Source: Burkholderiales bacterium (GTDB lineage Bacteria > Pseudomonadota > Gammaproteobacteria > Burkholderiales > SG8-39). From it: 29,450 nucleotides of DNA. Where the stretch lies: contig DASTHP010000188.1 in assembly GCA_035718125.1 (NCBI GenBank), positions 1-29,450 on the forward strand. Direction: 5' to 3'. The position numbers and the translations under genes are program-made. The notes below the pieces were generated by a model. It was not told the origin of the DNA, did no database searches, and saw nothing but the letters and a program-made list of their open reading frames with translations. Each line of letters begins with the position of its first letter. Positions within the stretch are counted from its first letter, which is position 1. Below are positions 7,512 through 15,221 of the stretch, in pieces.

Positions 7512-7554
7512 GGTGCGACAGCGTACATACCGCCGCCGGCGCACAGGCTACGCT
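7512..7554 (+). promoter_or_regulatory. CRP-geometry dyad (GGTGC-GACAGC-GTACA) plus -10 TACGCT; promoter of epsA
   Basis: Dyad 7512-7527, 21-nt gap, TACGCT 7549-7554, which puts the dyad centre at about -41.5. SD AGGA before GTG 7616. Confidence 0.68.
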
Positions 7555-7615
7555 GCGTTCCAGGGTGTCAGGCCGCTTGTTGGTTTCGTGACTGCCTACC
7601 ATTGACAGGATCGCC

Positions 7616-8494
7616 GTGCTACTCAGCCAAGCGCAGACGCCGCATCGCCAGAAGCTCCTGCCGCCCGCATTCGCGGATGGGGTCGTGGACTACGCGAGCC
7701 CCGCCGGGGAGACCATCGCCGCCAACGGCAATCCGCAAGCGCTGAGCGACCTCGACGTCGAAATCCTGATGCTCAATCTGGACGCCTCCCTCAGGGTGTA
7801 CGAGCGCGAGCATTTCTTCAGCTGGACACAGGGCGTGCTGCAGAGCCTGATCAAGCATGAAGTCCTGGTCTGCGCCTTGCACAGCGGCGAACCGCCGACG
7901 CTGCGCGCCGACAGCTTCTCGATGGTTGCGGCGGAGCAGGCGCACTTCGGCGAGCTGTTCGTGCGCGACGCGTCGGTCGCGCTGGGCCTGATCAAGAGCT
8001 GGGAAGACCGCGGGTTCCGGCCGCTGATCTGCGATGCCACCGACGCGCCGTTCTCGCGCGGCCTGTTCGCGCAGGAACTCGGGCGCGTGAGCGCCACGCA
8101 GATCCTGGCGCACGGCACGCACGACGCGCAGGGACGCACGCGCGGCTTCTACGCGTTCGTCTGCGCTCCGGGAACGCTCGGCCCGCGGCACGCCTACCTG
8201 GCGCGCCTGGTGACGCCTTCCCTGCACGCCGCCTGGGTGCGCACCGAGGTCAACGGCCGCGCCAAGGGCAACGACCCGGTGCCACGCGAGCAAGCCGGAA
8301 GGATCACCACGCGCGAGGAAGAGATCCTGCGCTGGGTCGCGCTCGGCAAGAGCAACTTCGAGATCGGCGCCATCCTCGGCATCAGCCCTCTGACCGTGAA
8401 GAACCATGTGCAGAAGATTCTGCGCAAGCTGAATGTCGTCAACCGCGCCCAGGCCGTCGGCAAGGCCTCGGAACTGCGCATGCTCAGGAACTGA
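7616..8494 (+). CDS. epsA: LuxR-family transcriptional regulator, EpsA type
   Basis: C-terminal LuxR HTH (TTREEEILRWVALGKSNFEIGAILGISPLTVKNHVQKILRKLNVVNRAQAV); N-terminal REHFFSWTQGVLQSLIKHE region without REC; position next to the priming transferase and epsEFG. Confidence 0.85.
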   Translation: MLLSQAQTPHRQKLLPPAFADGVVDYASPAGETIAANGNPQALSDLDVEILMLNLDASLRVYEREHFFSWTQGVLQSLIKHEVLVCALHSGEPPTLRADSFSMVAAEQAHFGELFVRDASVALGLIKSWEDRGFRPLICDATDAPFSRGLFAQELGRVSATQILAHGTHDAQGRTRGFYAFVCAPGTLGPRHAYLARLVTPSLHAAWVRTEVNGRAKGNDPVPREQAGRITTREEEILRWVALGKSNFEIGAILGISPLTVKNHVQKILRKLNVVNRAQAVGKASELRMLRN

Positions 8495-8517
8495 CCGCGG
8501 ATGCGCGGCGCCCAACC

Positions 8518-8889
8518 GTGAACCGGATCGCTGCCTGCAGTTTGTCACTGCTGCTCGCCGCGTCGCTGCACGCCCTGCCGGCCCAGGCCGCGACGCTCGG
8601 CGGCGGCATTGCGGGCGGCTCCTGCGGACCCGGCATCGACCTGGTCAAGGCCGGCGCCACGACCGACCTCAAGGCGACCGATTTCAATCCTGTGCTGGCC
8701 TCTGCCAACGGTACGGCCGCGGGGCCGGAGGGCGCAGAGCGCCGCGACCCGCCGGGCGCCGTGGTACAGCAAGCACAATGGATACGGCGTACCGACAATG
8801 CGGTCGCCGAACCCGGCATCGGGGTACTGCTGGTCGCGGGGCTTCTCGGCATGTGGGCCGTGGCCAGGCGACGCAATCTTTCGTCCTGA
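8518..8889 (+). CDS. Small secreted protein with a degenerate PEP-CTERM-like sorting signal (VAEPG-TM-RRR)
   Basis: Signal peptide ending AQA; C-terminus VAEPGIGVLLVAGLLGMWAVARRRNLSS; GTG start. Confidence 0.7.
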   Translation: MNRIAACSLSLLLAASLHALPAQAATLGGGIAGGSCGPGIDLVKAGATTDLKATDFNPVLASANGTAAGPEGAERRDPPGAVVQQAQWIRRTDNAVAEPGIGVLLVAGLLGMWAVARRRNLSS

Positions 8890-8985
8890 GCGTTTCCCGT
8901 TCCGCGGCATTGATCCGGTCCTCGGCGCTCCGGCGCACACGCCGGCGCCCGCTTGGCGTTCCGGGCGGAGCAGGCTCGGCCCCCG

Positions 8986-9039
8986 TAGTCCGACCGGACC
9001 AACGCCGACGTTTCCTGCACAACGTTGCGCGCCTAAGCT
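8986..9039 (+). promoter_or_regulatory. Putative EPS operator (TAGTCC-GACC-GGACCA) plus -10 TAAGCT; promoter of the epsEFG operon
   Basis: Dyad 8986-9001, 32-nt gap, TAAGCT 9034-9039, SD GAGG, ATG 9060. Confidence 0.6.
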
Positions 9040-9059
9040 GCAAGGCAGCGAGGTCCGCC

Positions 9060-9908
9060 ATGCAGAACATGCCGAAAGTCCGCTTCACGCCACTCCACGC
9101 AGCGCGCCAGCTGCTGTGGATCCTGTTTGCCGCGCTGCTCACCGCGACGCCGGCGCTTTCCCAGACGCGCGATCCCGCCCGCTCGAACGAAGCGCTCGGC
9201 GCGGGCGACGGCGTGCGCGTCACGGTGTTCCAGAATCCGGACCTGACGACCGACGCCCGCATCTCCCCCAGGGGCACCATCGTGTTCCCGCTGGTCGGCG
9301 AGATCGAGCTGGGTGGATTGACGCCGGCGCAGGCGGGCAACCGCATCGCCGAGCAGCTGCGCCGTGGCGGCTTCATGGTCAGGCCGCAGGTCGCCGTCTC
9401 CATCCTCCAAGTGCGCAGCAGGCAGGTGCACGTGCTCGGGCAGCTGCAGCGTCCCGGCAGCTACGTGCTGGAGGACACGGGCGCACGCCTCACCGACATC
9501 CTGACGCTGGCGGGCGGCATCAATGCCACCGGCGCCGACACGGTGACGGTGCTGACGCACCGCGAGGGCAAGGCGCAAACCTGGGCCATCAACCTGCCGG
9601 CGATCTTCCGCGGCGGCAGCGGCGCGAACAACATCCAGATCGAGAACGGCGACACCATCTTCGTCGAGCGTGCGCCGGTGTTCTACATCTACGGCGAGGT
9701 GCAGCGCGCCGGCGCCTATCGGCTGGAGCCGAACATGGTCGTGATGCAGGCGCTCGCCCTTGGCGGCGGGCTCACGCAGCGCGCCACCGAACGCGGCATC
9801 GGCATTCACCGGCGCTTGCCCGACGGCAAGTTCACGAAACACGAGGCGAGGCTCACGGATCCGGTTCAGGCGGAGGACATCGTCTTCGTCCGCGAGAGCC
9901 TGTTCTAG
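9060..9908 (+). CDS. epsE: Polysaccharide export (OPX) protein, EpsE type
   Basis: Poly_export motif LGAGDGVRVTVFQNPDL...GTIVFPLVGEIELGGLT plus two SLBB domains; ends DIVFVRESLF; SPI-type signal; SD GAGG. The ORF-track start at 8433 is over-extended. Confidence 0.9.
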   Translation: MQNMPKVRFTPLHAARQLLWILFAALLTATPALSQTRDPARSNEALGAGDGVRVTVFQNPDLTTDARISPRGTIVFPLVGEIELGGLTPAQAGNRIAEQLRRGGFMVRPQVAVSILQVRSRQVHVLGQLQRPGSYVLEDTGARLTDILTLAGGINATGADTVTVLTHREGKAQTWAINLPAIFRGGSGANNIQIENGDTIFVERAPVFYIYGEVQRAGAYRLEPNMVVMQALALGGGLTQRATERGIGIHRRLPDGKFTKHEARLTDPVQAEDIVFVRESLF

Positions 9909-9920
9909 CCGGCGCCCATC

Positions 9921-11351
9921 GTGAACCTGCAGCAGTTCCTGCGCGCGCTGCGCGCACGCTTCGGAGTGTTCATGCTGGTCCTGGGCGCCACCATGCTCGC
10001 CGCCGCGGTCGCGAGCCTGATGCTGGCCAAGACCTACAAGGCGACGGTGACGCTGCTGATGGACGCCCGCAACGAGCAATCGCTGAGCGGCGCGCAGCGC
10101 CCGCTCATCCTCCCCCTGGAGAGGCTGGCTTTCCTCGAGACGCAGAAGGACATCCTCACCAGCAAGAAGGTGGCGCGCAAGGTGGTGCAGGACCTGAAGC
10201 TGGCCGAGGAGCCGGCGGTGCGCATGATCCTGGGAGACGAGCCGGCCGGCGCGGCGCCGATCGAGGATCGCGCGGTCGACGCGGTGCTGAAGAAGCTGAA
10301 GGTCGAGACCTCGCAGAGCAACGTCATCCGGGTGAGCTACGCGTCGCCCGATGCGGCGGCCGCGGCGCAGATTGCCAATGCCTTCGCCGGCGCCTATATC
10401 GACACGCTGCTGCAGCTGCACGTGGAGCCGGCCCGCGAAGCGACGGCGTGGTTCGAGGAGCAGCTCAAGCGCCTGCGCGCCAGCCTCGAGGAGGCGCAGG
10501 CGCGGCTCACCGAGAACTACCAGCAGCGCGAGATCGTCGCGGCCGACGAGCGCCTGGATGTCGAGAACAGCCGGCTGCAGGCGCTGTCGGACGAAACGGT
10601 CAGGGCGCAGGAGCGCAGCTTCCAGTGGGACAGCCGCGAGCAGCAGGCGCGCAACGCGGTGCGCCGGGGCGCGTCGCCCGAGCGGCTGCCGGACGTGCTC
10701 GACAACTCGTTCATCCAGCGGCTCAAGGGCGACCTGCTGCTCGGCGAGGCGCGGCTGAAGCAGCTGGCGACCCAGTACGGGCAGAATCACCCGCATTACC
10801 AGCGGCAGGTGTCCGAGAACCAGAGCCTGCGCGAGAAGCTCGACGCCGAGATGGCGAAAGTGGTGGCCAGCGTCGGCAGCTCGGCGCGCCAGAGCCGCGA
10901 CCGCGAGGCGGCGCTGGCGCAGGCGACGGAGGCGCAGAGGAAGCGCATGCTCGGCCTCAAGCAGGGCCGCAACGAGCTCACGGTGCTCAGGCGCAACGTG
11001 GAATCGGCGGAACGCGCCTACGACACTGCCTTGCAGCGCTCGGTCGCGAGCCAGGTGGACAGCCGCGTCAACCAGACCAGCGTCACGGTGCTCAGCCCTG
11101 CCGTCGTGCCGGGCAGGCCCGCCAGCCCGCGCATGGACCTGAACCTTGCCTTGGCCGCCGCGGTCGGCGTCATGCTCGGCATCGGCATCGTCCTGCTGCT
11201 GGAGATGACGGACCGGCGCGTGCGTTCGCAGGACGACCTCGAGAACGCCTGGGATGTGCCGTTGCTCGGTGAGCTCAAGCCCTGGAAGCCCGCCCGCCGG
11301 CTCCTCGGCCAGTCGACGAAGGAACCCCGTGCATTGCCCAATCCAGGCTGA
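9921..11351 (+). CDS. epsF: Chain-length determinant / polysaccharide co-polymerase, EpsF type
   Basis: Two TM segments flanking a long periplasmic coiled coil; VLSPAVVP...SPR motif before TM2; no fused kinase. Confidence 0.9.
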   Translation: MNLQQFLRALRARFGVFMLVLGATMLAAAVASLMLAKTYKATVTLLMDARNEQSLSGAQRPLILPLERLAFLETQKDILTSKKVARKVVQDLKLAEEPAVRMILGDEPAGAAPIEDRAVDAVLKKLKVETSQSNVIRVSYASPDAAAAAQIANAFAGAYIDTLLQLHVEPAREATAWFEEQLKRLRASLEEAQARLTENYQQREIVAADERLDVENSRLQALSDETVRAQERSFQWDSREQQARNAVRRGASPERLPDVLDNSFIQRLKGDLLLGEARLKQLATQYGQNHPHYQRQVSENQSLREKLDAEMAKVVASVGSSARQSRDREAALAQATEAQRKRMLGLKQGRNELTVLRRNVESAERAYDTALQRSVASQVDSRVNQTSVTVLSPAVVPGRPASPRMDLNLALAAAVGVMLGIGIVLLLEMTDRRVRSQDDLENAWDVPLLGELKPWKPARRLLGQSTKEPRALPNPG

Positions 11352-11360
11352 AGGCGACCG

Positions 11361-12251
11361 ATGAGCAACTCCGACAACGTCCTGCCCATCGAGGGCTTCG
11401 GCCGCCTGGTGGCGCGCCAGGACGGCAGGCTCGGCAACATCCTGCTCGCGGACGGCAAGATCAGCGCACGCGACATCGAGCCGATACTCGAGATCCAGCG
11501 TGCCCGCGGCATCCGCTTCGGCGAGGCGGCGCTGCGCCTGCGGCTCATCACCCGGGACGATCTGCGCGACGCCATTGCCAGGCAGTACGGGCTGCTGCAC
11601 CTGCTGCCGGGCAGCGGCAGCATCAGCCGCGAGCTGGTCGCCGCCTACGAGCCGTTTCATCCGCGCGCCGAGGAATTGCGCGCCCTGCGCACGCAGCTGC
11701 TGATCCGCTGGGCCAACGCCAGGGTGCGGCACCGCATGCTGGCCATCGTCAGCCCGGGCGCCGGCGAAGGGCGCAGCTATGTCGCCGCCAATCTCGCCGT
11801 CGTGTTCTCCCAGCTCGGCCAGCGCACGATCCTGATCGACGCCGACCTGCGCAACCCGCGGCAGCACCGCATCTTCGACGTTCCCGACCGCGTCGGCCTG
11901 TCGTCGGTCCTTTCGGGCCGCGCCGACCGCAGCGCGGTGGTGCCGCTGCCCCAGTTCGGCACGCTGTCGCTGCTGCCGGCGGGCGCCTGTCCGCCCAACC
12001 CGCAGGAACTGCTGCTGCGGCCGGTGCTGACCACGCTGCTGGACGAGCTGCGCGAGGAGTTCGACGTCGTGCTGTTCGACACGCCGCCGGCCAGCCTTTA
12101 CGCCGACGCGCAGAGCCTGGCGTTCCGCGCCGGCAGCGCCATCGTGCTGGCGCGCAAGGACCACACCGGCATCGCCGCGACCGCCAGCACCATCCGCGTG
12201 CTGAGCGATACCGGTACCAGCGTGGTCGGCACGGTGTTCAACTCCATCTGA
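11361..12251 (+). CDS. epsG: BY-kinase-like protein, EpsG type, with N-terminal MshEN-type motif
   Basis: Walker A variant SPGAGEGRS, Walker A' ILIDADLRNP, Walker B VVLFDTPP. Residues 23-75 hold two 24-aa RLG/RFG...Q motifs. Confidence 0.9.
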   Translation: MSNSDNVLPIEGFGRLVARQDGRLGNILLADGKISARDIEPILEIQRARGIRFGEAALRLRLITRDDLRDAIARQYGLLHLLPGSGSISRELVAAYEPFHPRAEELRALRTQLLIRWANARVRHRMLAIVSPGAGEGRSYVAANLAVVFSQLGQRTILIDADLRNPRQHRIFDVPDRVGLSSVLSGRADRSAVVPLPQFGTLSLLPAGACPPNPQELLLRPVLTTLLDELREEFDVVLFDTPPASLYADAQSLAFRAGSAIVLARKDHTGIAATASTIRVLSDTGTSVVGTVFNSI

Positions 12252-12270
12252 CCGGATCCGGCTGAGCGCA

Positions 12271-13692
12271 ATGGCCGCCGCCCAGGCGCGACAGGCATTC
12301 ACCGGGCTGGCGGGCATCGCCCTGCTTGGCGTGCTCTGGGGCGTGGTCGTCGCGGTGGCGGGCGTGAACGCCCTGATCCTGTGCGTGTCGCTGATCGGCT
12401 GCGCGTTCATCCTGTACGACTTCCGCATCGGCGTCATGTTGCTGATCCTGATGATGCCGCTCGCGACCAGCCCGCTGATGCCGCGCGCCATGCTCGGCAT
12501 CACGGGCCTCAATCCGCTGAACCTGCTGCTCCTCGGCACGCTCGGCGCCTGCCTGCTGCACGGGCTGTCCGACGGCAGCCTGCGCGGCTTCCTGCCGCGG
12601 CCGCTGCTCTGGCTGTATGTCGCGCCGATCCTGGCGGCCGGGGCGCTCGGCGCGCAGCACGTCGGCGAGATCGTGCCCGCGTTCCATGCCTACGGCCTGC
12701 TCGAGTTCCAGGACGTTGCCGGCTACGCGCGCGACCTGGTGGCGAAGCCCCTGTCGATGGTGGTCTTCGCGCTGCTGGTCGGCGCGGCCGTGGCGAAATC
12801 GGCGCAGCCGGAGAAGCTCCTGCTGCCGATGGTGGTCTCGATCTGGGTGGCCGGCCTGAGCGTTCTCGCATTCGTCGCGCAGTCGGGGCTCGGCCTGCAC
12901 CAGCTCGCGAGCAGCGATGCGCGCGAGTTCCTGTCGACGCTGGGCATGCACGCCAACGATCAGGGCCGGCTGTATGCGTTCGCCTACGCCTTGCTGCTGT
13001 TCACCTGGGCCGAAGCGAAGGAGCCCGGATTGCGGGTCGCGCTCCTGGCTACGATGGCGCTGGTCGCCACGGCGCTGTTGCTGACCTTCTCGCGCGGCGC
13101 ATTCGCCGCCTTCATCCTGGTCAACGTGCTGTTCCTGCTCTGGCGCCGCAGCGTGAAGACCCTGGTGCTGTTCGGGCTCGCGGCCTCGCTCGCGCTGTTC
13201 GCGCTTCCCGCCGCGGTCTACGAGCGCCTGTCCAGCGGCGAGGGCGCAGGATTCGACGCCATCAGCGCCGGCCGCATCGACTGGCTCTGGCTGCCGCTGC
13301 TGCCCGAGGTCCTGCGCAGCCCGGTCTACGGCAGCGGCCTGGGCTCGATCCTGTGGTCGGAGCCGATGCGCGTGGGCGGCGGGGCGAACGTGCTGCTCAC
13401 CACGCACCCGCACAACGCCTACCTGCAGGCGCTTCTGGACATGGGTGCGCTCGGCCTGCTCCTGCTGTGCGCCTATTTCGCGCACGTCTGCAGGCAATTC
13501 TGGAAGCTGGGCGCCGATCCTGCCGTGGACCCCGCCCTGCGCGGGTTCTTCCAGGGCGCGGCGGCCGGATTGCTCGGCTTCCTCGCCTCCAGCATCACCG
13601 ACGGCAGCCTGCTGCCGCGTCCCGAGCAGGCTTTGCTGTGGCTGGCGATCGGCATGATGTACGGTCAACGCAGCAAGCGGTTGGTGCCGTGA
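12271..13692 (+). CDS. O-antigen ligase/Wzy-like polymerase (Wzy_C family)
   Basis: About 12 hydrophobic segments; motifs TFSRG, SAGRIDWLW and THPHNAYLQALLDMGALGL. Confidence 0.85.
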   Translation: MAAAQARQAFTGLAGIALLGVLWGVVVAVAGVNALILCVSLIGCAFILYDFRIGVMLLILMMPLATSPLMPRAMLGITGLNPLNLLLLGTLGACLLHGLSDGSLRGFLPRPLLWLYVAPILAAGALGAQHVGEIVPAFHAYGLLEFQDVAGYARDLVAKPLSMVVFALLVGAAVAKSAQPEKLLLPMVVSIWVAGLSVLAFVAQSGLGLHQLASSDAREFLSTLGMHANDQGRLYAFAYALLLFTWAEAKEPGLRVALLATMALVATALLLTFSRGAFAAFILVNVLFLLWRRSVKTLVLFGLAASLALFALPAAVYERLSSGEGAGFDAISAGRIDWLWLPLLPEVLRSPVYGSGLGSILWSEPMRVGGGANVLLTTHPHNAYLQALLDMGALGLLLLCAYFAHVCRQFWKLGADPAVDPALRGFFQGAAAGLLGFLASSITDGSLLPRPEQALLWLAIGMMYGQRSKRLVP

Positions 13693-15212
13693 CGCTTGCG
13701 GGCGCCGCATGGGTGGCGGATGACGGCGCCGGCCCCGAGCACGCGGTGCCCGCTGCGCCGCGGCTCGGTCAGCGCGCCCTGCTGCTCGGCGCCGCCAACG
13801 CATTCGACGTGGCCTTGCAGTTCCTGCTGCCGGTGGTGCTGGTGCGATGCCTGGACGCCGAGGCCTTCGGCGAGTACCGGCTGCTGTGGCTGGTGGCGGG
13901 GACGGTCCTCGGCGTCGCCACGCTGGCGATGCCGCAAAGCCTGTATTACTACCTGCCGCGCTCGGACGCCACCGCCAAGCGCCTGTATGTCAACCAGACG
14001 CTCGCCTTCCTCGCCATCGCCGGGCTGGCGGCGGCATGGGCGGTCAGTTCCTGGAACCCGCTGCTGCCCGAGAAGCTGCGTCTCCTGGCGCGGCACGAGC
14101 TCATCCTGCCGGCGTTCATCGTGCTCTGGGTCGTGGCCTCGCTGCTGGACATGCTGCCCACGGCGGAGGAGCGCGTGCGCTGGCAGGCGCAGGCGACCGT
14201 CGGCCTCGCCGTGCTGCGTGCCGTATCGCTGTCCCTGGCTGCCGTGCTGACGCGCGAGCTGGGCCCCGTGCTCGTGGTGCTGCTCGCCTTCGTGGCAATC
14301 AAGGTGTTGCTGCTGCTGGTGTACGTGGCCCGCCACCACGGCCTGCGCGGACCGGTCCTGCGCCCGGGGGCGTTCGCGGATCAGCTGCGCTACGCGGCGC
14401 CGTTCGGGGCGGCGGGGGCCCTCTATATCCTGCGCACCCAGTCGGATCAATGGGTGGCCGCAGCGCTGTTTCCGCTGGGCTTGTTCGCAGCGTTCTCCAT
14501 TGCCGCGGTGCTCGGGCCGCTGATGAACCTGTTTCGCCAGTCGGTCAACTACGCCTTCCTGCCCGTGATGAGCCGCCGGCATGCCGTCGGCGACATCGCC
14601 GGCATGCTCGCGCTCAACAGCCGCGGCAACATCATGGTCGGCGCGCTCGTGTTCCCGCTGTTCGCCCTCGCCTTCGTGCTGGCGGAGGACCTGGTCACGC
14701 TGGTCTACACCGCCGCCTACCTGGATGCCGCCCCCGTGATCCGCGTCTGCATCGTCGGCATCGCCGCCCTCGCCATCGAGCTCTCGAGCGTGACGCTGCT
14801 GCTGCGGCAGTCGGTGTTCGTGATGCTGGTCAACATCATGGCGCTGGTCCTCGCCGTATCGCTCAACTGGTATGCGGCGCTGAACATCGGACTTGCGGGA
14901 GCGGCGCTGGGCACCGTGGCGGTGATCTACCTCGATCGCCTCGTCACCCTGTGGCGCATCGCGCGCATCGCCGGAATCCCGATCCGGCGGCTGCAGGACT
15001 GGACCACCCTCGCCCTGCTGCTCGCGTTCGCCATGCTGTCTGCGCTGCTCGCGTGGGCCACGATCGCCGGCGTGTTCGCCGCCAGCGGGCCGCTGGTGCG
15101 CTTGCTCGTCGGCGCGGCGGTCATGGCGGCGGCCTACGCCGCGCTCGTCGCGGGTTCGCATACGGGCCGGGACACGCTCGCCGCCCTGCGCGGCCGGCCG
15201 CACGGGACCTGA
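13689..15212 (+). CDS. wzx: Wzx-type polysaccharide flippase
   Basis: GTG start overlapping the upstream TGA; multi-TM protein with LPVVLVRCLDAEAFGEY, QLRYAAPFG and IGLAGAALGT patterns typical of MOP flippases. Confidence 0.82.
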   Translation: MTLAGAAWVADDGAGPEHAVPAAPRLGQRALLLGAANAFDVALQFLLPVVLVRCLDAEAFGEYRLLWLVAGTVLGVATLAMPQSLYYYLPRSDATAKRLYVNQTLAFLAIAGLAAAWAVSSWNPLLPEKLRLLARHELILPAFIVLWVVASLLDMLPTAEERVRWQAQATVGLAVLRAVSLSLAAVLTRELGPVLVVLLAFVAIKVLLLLVYVARHHGLRGPVLRPGAFADQLRYAAPFGAAGALYILRTQSDQWVAAALFPLGLFAAFSIAAVLGPLMNLFRQSVNYAFLPVMSRRHAVGDIAGMLALNSRGNIMVGALVFPLFALAFVLAEDLVTLVYTAAYLDAAPVIRVCIVGIAALAIELSSVTLLLRQSVFVMLVNIMALVLAVSLNWYAALNIGLAGAALGTVAVIYLDRLVTLWRIARIAGIPIRRLQDWTTLALLLAFAMLSALLAWATIAGVFAASGPLVRLLVGAAVMAAAYAALVAGSHTGRDTLAALRGRPHGT

Positions 15213-15221
15213 GGCGACGCC

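Noticed and set aside
7565-7583. Possible pho box (TGTCA...TGTTG) in the epsA leader
   Set aside because: Period is 12 rather than 11, the second half-site is poor and there is no AT-rich spacer.
7602-7607. Perfect TTGACA just upstream of epsA
   Set aside because: It is only 8 nt before the GTG start, overlaps the SD (AGGA), and has no -10 at 17 nt that would fit epsA.
8924-8954. GC hairpin (CCGGCG-CACA-CGCCGG with GGCGC/GCGCC extension) after the PEP-CTERM-like gene
   Set aside because: There is no convincing U-tract, and such stems are common at 70% GC, so it was not called as a terminator.
9014-9030. Possible sigma54 -24/-12 element before epsE (CTGCAC-AACG-TTGC), and similar at 16412-16427
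   Set aside because: Wrong spacing or no TGGCAC. The dyad plus -10 architecture explains these regions better.
12244-12259. CCATCT-GACC-GGATCC resembling dyad 2 before the Wzy-like gene
   Set aside because: The left half does not match, it overlaps the epsG stop, and the 19-nt gap leaves no room for the promoter spacing.
9033-12539. Very long antisense or alternate-frame ORFs (e.g. 9033-12539, 17391-20891, 13665-16403, 13847-16834, 8609-11272, 25014-26909)
   Set aside because: They are shadows of well-supported genes in high-GC DNA: Arg/Ala/Pro-rich and without family motifs.
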